A stretch of DNA of 64,000 nt from Eledone cirrhosa (Eukaryota), in contig OZ024765.1 of the NCBI GenBank assembly GCA_964016885.1, positions 2,046,001 through 2,110,000 of the forward strand, in the 5' to 3' direction. The translations under genes and the position numbers were made by a program. Of the stretch, positions 56,574-64,000 are shown one piece after another. The notes below the pieces were generated by a model. It did not search any database. It was given only the letters and a program-made list of their open reading frames with translations, and had not been told where the DNA came from. Each line of letters opens with the position of its first letter. Within the stretch, counting starts at the first letter, position 1.

Positions 56574-57503
56574 CTTAAATAAAACCACTTAAAATACACT
56601 AACCTCCATTTCTTTGAACTTTAACAAATGATGTGTCTGGTTGGTTATGGCTGTGTGTGGTTGTGTGTGTGTGGTTGTGTGGTTGAGTGTGTGTGTTTGG
56701 TTGTGTGCGTGTGTGTTTGATTGTGGCTGTGTGTGTGGTTTTGTGTGTGTGTGTGGTTGTGTGTGTGTTTGCTTGTGGCTGTGTGTGTGGTTTTGTTTGT
56801 GTGTGTGGTGTGTGTGGTTATGTGTGTGTTTGGTTGTGGTTGTGTGTGTGTGTGTTTGGTTGTGTTTGTGTGTGTGTATTTGTGTTTGTGTGTGTGTGGG
56901 TGTGTGGTTGTGTGTGTGTGTCGATCTAAATGTAAGTTTGATTGTATTGTGTTTACGTGTGTGTGTGTGTTAATGTATATGTGGTGTGTGTGTGTGTGTG
57001 ATTCTGTCTGTTTATGTGTATGTGTTTTTTGTGTTTCATTGTGTTTGTGTGTGTATGTATCGAGCTGATAGTGTCTGTGTTTATGTGTGTGTTTATGTGT
57101 GTATGTGTTTTTTGCGTCTCTGTGTGTGTGTGTATGTATGTATGTGTCGATCTAATAGTGTGTATGTCTGATTGTGTGTGTGTGATTGTTTATGTGTGTG
57201 TGTTTTTGTGTCTCATTGCTTGTGTGTGTATGTGTGTGTCGATCTGGTAGTGTGTGTATGTGTGTGTATCTGATAGTGTGTGTATGTGTGTTTATGTGTG
57301 TTTATGTGTATGTGTGTGTTTACGTGTGTGTGTTTACGTGTGTTTACGTGTGTGTGTGTGTCCCCCAAAATTGTATACACAGAAATCCACCTCACAACCT
57401 CACGATTGCGACCTCACCACCTCACAACCTCACGACCACTAGGCCACATCCACCTCTCTCTCTCACTTTCCTCTCTCCACCCCCTCTCTCTCTCACTATA
57501 TAC

Positions 57504-57551
<48 letters not shown>

Positions 57552-57768
57552 TATATATGTATAACGAAGGAAGTGTGGTAAGGAACCAGGTGGACCATAA
57601 CGCACCAGAGTACTCAATACTTTGGGTAGTAGAGTGGGTAACAGAAATAGCTGTCGAAACGGCTTGAGCTCTGCCGTCGGGGTTCTGACTATTTTCCTAT
57701 ATATATATATATATAAATGAAAAGTATAGAAATTGTTGTAACGAGAAGCTAACAGTAATCCATAACAC

Positions 57769-57800
<32 letters not shown>

Positions 57801-57983
57801 TTACATCTATCTATATGTTCGTTGTTGCTGTTGTTGTTGTAGCTGTTGCTGTAAGCCATGATTTTTTGCCGATGAAAATGTGTCGGTCGACATTGTTTGA
57901 AAAGCAGACGATAACGGTACCGCCTATAGGTTTAAATATATAAAGGTGAGATTGAATACAAGATAAGGCTCTGTGTGTGTGTG

Positions 57984-58018
<35 letters not shown>

Positions 58019-58107
58019 GTGTTTGTGTGTGTGTGCGTGTGTGTTTGTGTGTGTGTGTGTGTGTGTTTGTGTGTGTTTGTGTGTGTGTTTGTGAGTGTTT
58101 GTGTGTG

Positions 58108-58192
<85 letters not shown>

Positions 58193-58220
58193 GTGTTTGT
58201 GTGTGTTTGTGTGTGTGTTT

Positions 58221-58254
<34 letters not shown>

Positions 58255-58285
58255 TTGTGTGTGTGTGCGTGTGTGTGTTTGTGTG

Positions 58286-58341
<56 letters not shown>

Positions 58342-58357
58342 TGTGAGTGTTTGTGTG

Positions 58358-58392
<35 letters not shown>

Positions 58393-58432
58393 GTGTTTGT
58401 GTGTGTTTGTGTGTGTGTTTGTGTGTGTGTTT

Positions 58433-58477
<45 letters not shown>

Positions 58478-58507
58478 TGTGTGTGTGCGTGTGTGTGTTT
58501 GTGTGTT

Positions 58508-58560
<53 letters not shown>

Positions 58561-58579
58561 GTTTGTGAGTGTTTGTGTG

Positions 58580-58636
<57 letters not shown>

Positions 58637-58640
58637 GTTT

Positions 58641-58681
<41 letters not shown>

Positions 58682-58702
58682 TGTGTGTTTGTGTGTGTGT
58701 TT

Positions 58703-58745
<43 letters not shown>

Positions 58746-58767
58746 TGTGTGTTTGTGTGTGTGTTTG

Positions 58768-58808
<41 letters not shown>

Positions 58809-58835
58809 TTGTGTGTGTGTTTGTGAGTGTTTGTG

Positions 58836-58885
<50 letters not shown>

Positions 58886-59074
58886 TGTGTGTGTTTGTGT
58901 GTGCGCGTGTGTGTTTGTGTGTACGTGTGTGTGTGTGTGTGTTTGTGTGTGTGTCTGTGTGTGTGTGCGCGCGCGTGTATGCGTTTGTTAAAGAATGTGT
59001 CTGATAGAGGAGAAAGTGGGAGATGTGTGTGCATATGCACATACATATATACACACGCATATACATACACACAT

Positions 59075-59118
<44 letters not shown>

Positions 59119-59122
<4 letters not shown>

Positions 59123-59326
59123 CGAAGGAAATGTGGTAAGGAACCAGGTGGACCATAACGCACCAAAGTACTCAATACTTAGGGAAGTAGAGTGGGTAAT
59201 AGGAACCAGTAAGACCCCGACGGCTGAGCTGAAGCCGTTTCGACGGCTAATTCTGTACTCAATTGAGTACAGAATTAGCCGTCGAAACGGCTTGAGCTCA
59301 GCCGTCGGGGTCTTACTTGTTCCTAT
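59119..59326 (-). mobile_element. Family A module with a 128-bp palindrome (59199-59326, centre CAATTG)
   Basis: See 15633-15812. Confidence 0.7.
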
Positions 59327-59488
59327 ATATATATATAGATACATGCTCACAGACATATGGATATATATATATCCACGCACACATATATATACACACATAT
59401 ATATACACACATGCACACATATATATACACACATGCACACATATATATACACACATGCACATATATATATATATATACATACATGTGA

Positions 59489-59560
59489 GGGGAATTAGCT
59501 CAGACGATAGAGCGCTCGCTTTGCGTGCGAGAGGTACCGGGATCGTTTCCCGGATCGTTG
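59489..59560 (+). pseudogene. tRNA-Ala(TGC)-like sequence lacking a proper 3' acceptor strand (pseudogene or SINE head)
   Basis: GGGGAATTAGCTCAGACGATAGAGCG, anticodon arm CTCGC-TTTGCGT-GCGAG (TGC at 59522-59524), T arm CCGGG-ATCGTTT-CCCGG; then ATCGTTG instead of ATTCTCCA. Confidence 0.75.
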
Positions 59561-59661
59561 TTCCAAGGCTTAAGCTTTCTAAAGAGCGGTGCCCCAGCAT
59601 GGCCTCATGCGGATGGCTGCAACAGGTAAAAGAGTAAAAGAGTAAAAGATACATACACTCA

Positions 59662-59751
<90 letters not shown>

Positions 59752-59847
59752 ATGTGTATGTCGGTATATATATATATGTGTGCATGTCGATATATATATA
59801 TATATATATATATGTGTATGTCGGTATATATATATGTGTGCATGTCG

Positions 59848-59888
<41 letters not shown>

Positions 59889-60607
59889 GTGTATGTCGGT
59901 ATATATATATATGTGTATGTCGGTATATATATATGTGTGCATGTCGGTGTATATATATATATATATATATATATAATGCTATATCTCTCCAGATTTAAAT
60001 ATTAAGAAAAATTTCCATATATTTCATTTTTCAGCTATTTCAACAATTAAGTTTGACTTTTAATTTGAATAAACTTCCTTAACATTTAAATGAAGCTCAA
60101 AATTTGCATATTTCTTTCAATTAAAAAATATTCGTCAATTTATCCCAGGAATAATTCATCAGGTATTTTTCCTTGTTAAAGCCCCAGGCAAGAAATTATC
60201 AAGACGGCGCCGTAGCAGAGAAGTTAGAACGTCGGTTAGATTGCTTTGTTGTATTTCATACCATCCCACTCCCACCCTCCTTTGCACGATTTCTATTTCT
60301 TTCAGAGTCGATAAATAAAGTACCAGTTTAATACTAGGGTCGATTTTCCTAGTCTCTCTCTCTCTATCTCTCTCTCTCACTCTCTCTCTCTCTTCCTCTC
60401 TCTCTTCCTCTCTCACCCTCTCTCTGTCTCTCCCTCTCTCTCTTTCTCTGTTTCTCTCTCTCCCTCTCTCTTTCTCTCACTCTCTCTCTCTTTCACTCTC
60501 TCTCTCTCACTCCCTCTCACTCACTCCCTCTCTATCTCCTTAGTCAGTTCTTAGATATGCCAGGTCTGTGTTTATGTGTTTATGGTGTTTACGGTTTCAG
60601 AGCCTTG

Positions 60608-60656
<49 letters not shown>

Positions 60657-61434
60657 GGTTTATCCTCGCGAATTCGTATAAAAGCACACAATCCCCTGAA
60701 ACTATAAACTATAAACTATAGACTATATATATATACATAGCTGGTCTTTCTTCTCGTTCGTTCGTTGTCCTCTCTCCATCTTGTCTGCCGCCATTTTGCT
60801 GCGTGTTGTTCTGTCTACCTTGTCTTGCCTACCTGATAATTAATACTGGAACGCACATAGACATACATACACACACATTGATAATTAATACTGGAACGCA
60901 CATAGACATACATACACACACATACATACACACACACACACACACATCCATATACACACACATAAACACACACACACATCCATATACACACACATACACA
61001 CACACACACACATCCATATACACACACATACATATATACTTAAACACATACATTACTGTCTAACCTGCCCACATACACACAGCCACACACACACATATAT
61101 ATACATATATATATACACACACACACATATATATATATATATACACATATATACACACATATATATATATATAAATACATACAAACACATATATATATAT
61201 ATATACACATATATACACATATATATATATATACACACACACATATATATATATATATACACACATATATACACATATATATATATATATATAAATACAT
61301 ACAAACACATATATATTTATACACATATATACACATATATATATATATACTCACACACATATATATATATATATACACACATATATACACATATATATAT
61401 ATATAAATACATACAAACACATATATGTATATAT

Positions 61435-61771
61435 AATTGTTTCTACTTTTGGCACAAGGCCAGCAATTACTCCAGTGTATTACTGGTACTTTATTTTATC
61501 GACCCCGTAAGGATGAAAGGCAAAGTTAAGCTCGGCGGGATTTGAACTCAGATCATAAAGGGACGAAACTCTATGCTTCAAAGCATCGTGTCCGACTCTC
61601 TACCGATACTGCCAAGCCACCGCCCCTTACATAATAATAATAATTGTTTCTAATTTTGGACAAGGCCAGCAACGACCCCGTAAGGATGAAAGGCAAAGTT
61701 GACCTCGGCGGGATTTGAACTCAGAATGGAAAGGGCCGTAACTCTATGCTAGAAAGCATGACGTCCGACCG
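61435..61771 (-). mobile_element. Two adjacent S1 SINEs (61435-61628 full; 61643-61771 internally deleted); other partial copies at 16535-16600, 30120-30220 and 60295-60345
   Basis: Matches the S1 consensus. Confidence 0.85.
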
Positions 61772-62995
61772 TATATAATAAAGAGTTGACGGCCCCACCA
61801 TATTTATCAATGCCAGGACCGGTTGTATCTCAGAGTACTCAATAGGCAATGTAGGATACATTCCCAGAGTACACACACAGTTATTCGCTCCAATACAACA
61901 CACGTAAAACGGGTGCCTATAATAGTTTTACGACAACACAACCACCACCACACCACACCACACCACACCACACCACTACCACTACCACACCATTACTACA
62001 ACCACTACAAACGCCACTACCACAACTGAAACCCCACCACCCTACTACCACCACTACCACCAACACCAACACTCTACTACAACACTACCACCACCACACC
62101 ACCACCACCACCAACGCCACACAACCAACACCACCACCTTACTACCACCACCAACACCACCACCAAAACCATACAACCAACACCAACACTCTACTACAAC
62201 ACTACCACCACCACACCACCACCACACCACCACCACCACCAACGCCACACAACCAACACCACCACCAACACCATACAACCAACACCACCACTCTACTACA
62301 ACACTGCCACCACCACACCACCACCACACCACCACCACCACCAACGCCACACAACCAACACCACCACTCTACTACCGCCACCAACACCACCAACATCACC
62401 ACCACACCACCCCACCACCTCACCACCACCACCACCACCACCACCACTACCACTACTACAACCATCACTACCACATCACTACCCTACTACCACCACCACA
62501 CCTGACAATCCAGGTAAGACTTTACTAATTAACAAGGTAAAAATTAAACAGCTTCTAGTTATTGAAATAATTAAAATACTTTATATTTTAATTATTCAAC
62601 AAATAGCAATTAAATATATTTTGCTTAGAAACAACACTGGACTTCTTTCTCTCTTTTCTTTCTCTCCTTTCTTTCTCTCCTTTCTTTCCTTTCTTTCTTT
62701 CCTTCTTTCTTTCCTTCTTTTTCTCTTTCTTTCTTTTTTTCTTTCTCTCCTTTCTTTCTCTCTTCCTTTCTCTCTCTCTCCCTTTCTCTCTTTCTTCTTT
62801 CATTCCTTCTTTCTTTCTCTTTCGTTCTCCCTCTTTCTTTTTTCTCTCATTCTTCATTTCTTCATTTCTCTCTTTCTCTCTTCCTTTCTTTCTTTGTTTC
62901 TTTCCTTCTTCCTTTCTCTCATTCTTTCTCTTTTTCTTTTTCCTCTTCGTTTTCGACTTTTTTTGTTTGTTTTCGTTTCCTTCTTCTTCTTCTAC

Positions 62996-63027
<32 letters not shown>

Positions 63028-63479
63028 CTTCTTCTTCTTCTTCTTCTCATCACCATTATTTTACTTATTATTATTATCTACTGTCTCCAGTCCTTAAGAG
63101 CACAATGTTTGGTGAAATGATAAATACAGTTCCATCAATTTGTATTTGTTTGTTTTGATGAAAAAAAGATTAAAAAAGCCCCACCCCCACCCCTCACCCC
63201 CCGCCGCCCCGAAAAACAAAGAAAAAACATGGCGGAAAAACAAATTAAAAAATATTTATATATATATATTTTTTCCGCTCTCTGATGTGAAGAGTCTTGG
63301 CTGCTCAAAGAACAGCCAAAATTCAAATCAGAAGCCACTTTTAACGCTTATCCACCGCTGAAGACATAACAGCAATTGTAAAAATACGGGAAGGACCGGA
63401 AGTATATAGTAGCCATTTTTCCAGTGTTGGAAACATCTGGGGTCACGTCTCTTAATGTTCTGTGGTCCCCTGACACAGC

Positions 63480-64000
63480 GATTGTTGTGACTATAATGAC
63501 CAACATGAGGTCACTAGAATTAAATCTTTCAGCTTATGACGTCCTAGACTTTGTGACAATGATTACCATCATGAGGTCACTAGACTTAATATAACAGCTT
63601 ATGACTCTTCTTCACGACGCCCTAGACGTTGTGACTATGAAATAAAACCCAACACGAGGACACTCGTCTTAATACATCAACTTAAGAGGTCCTAAAATTG
63701 TGACTATAGCAACTAAGATGTGACCAGAAGTTTTTTTGACATCCTCGACCTTGTGACTATAATGACCAACAGGAGGTCACTAGACTTAATATAGCAGTTT
63801 ATGACTGTTCTTTACGACATCCTAGACCTTGTGACTATGATGACCAACACGAAGTCACTAGACTTAATTTATCAGTTTATCACTGTTCCTTACGATGTCC
63901 TAACCGCTGTGACAATGATTACCAACGTCAAGTCACTAGACTTAATTTATCAGTTTATGACTGTCCCTAACGACACCCTAGACTTTATGACTATGATGAG
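63480..64000. repeat. ~78-bp diverged tandem repeat running off the window end
   Basis: TTGTGACTAT.ATGACCAAC..GA.GTCACTAGACTTAAT recurs at 63751, 63829 and 63907. Confidence 0.85.

Noticed and set aside
59489-59560. Functional tRNA-Ala gene
   Set aside because: The acceptor stem cannot form properly, the D-loop GG is altered, and no oligo-T terminator follows directly.

Overview
This is AT-rich, repeat-saturated eukaryotic DNA with one 200-N scaffold gap (4726-4925). It is most likely an octopod cephalopod, inferred from my recollection of the dominant SINE sequence rather than from a search. I found no convincing host protein-coding exon, and almost all ORFs in the track are translated microsatellites. 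The only long real ORF is a 5'-truncated L1/Tx1-clade LINE reverse transcriptase (7178-9360, minus strand). Other TE remnants are RTE-clade and CRE-like LINE fragments, more than 10 copies of a tRNA-derived SINE, two non-autonomous Helitrons (A|TC...CTAG|T), TA-targeting MITEs and several minisatellites. Three structures stand out. (1) About 18 minimal type-I hammerhead ribozyme motifs from several unrelated families sit in short modules abutting (TA)n tracts. They are often folded back into palindromes centred on or next to the ribozyme and are most consistent with Penelope-like retroelement termini. (2) A ~12.4 kb inverted duplication (arms ~23578-28990 and ~30620-35940) shows filled and empty versions of several insertions. 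(3) A 28 x 45 bp satellite is built from the 5' head (A-box) of a SINE and is still attached to the SINE body. All structures were read by eye; no folding or database search was run.
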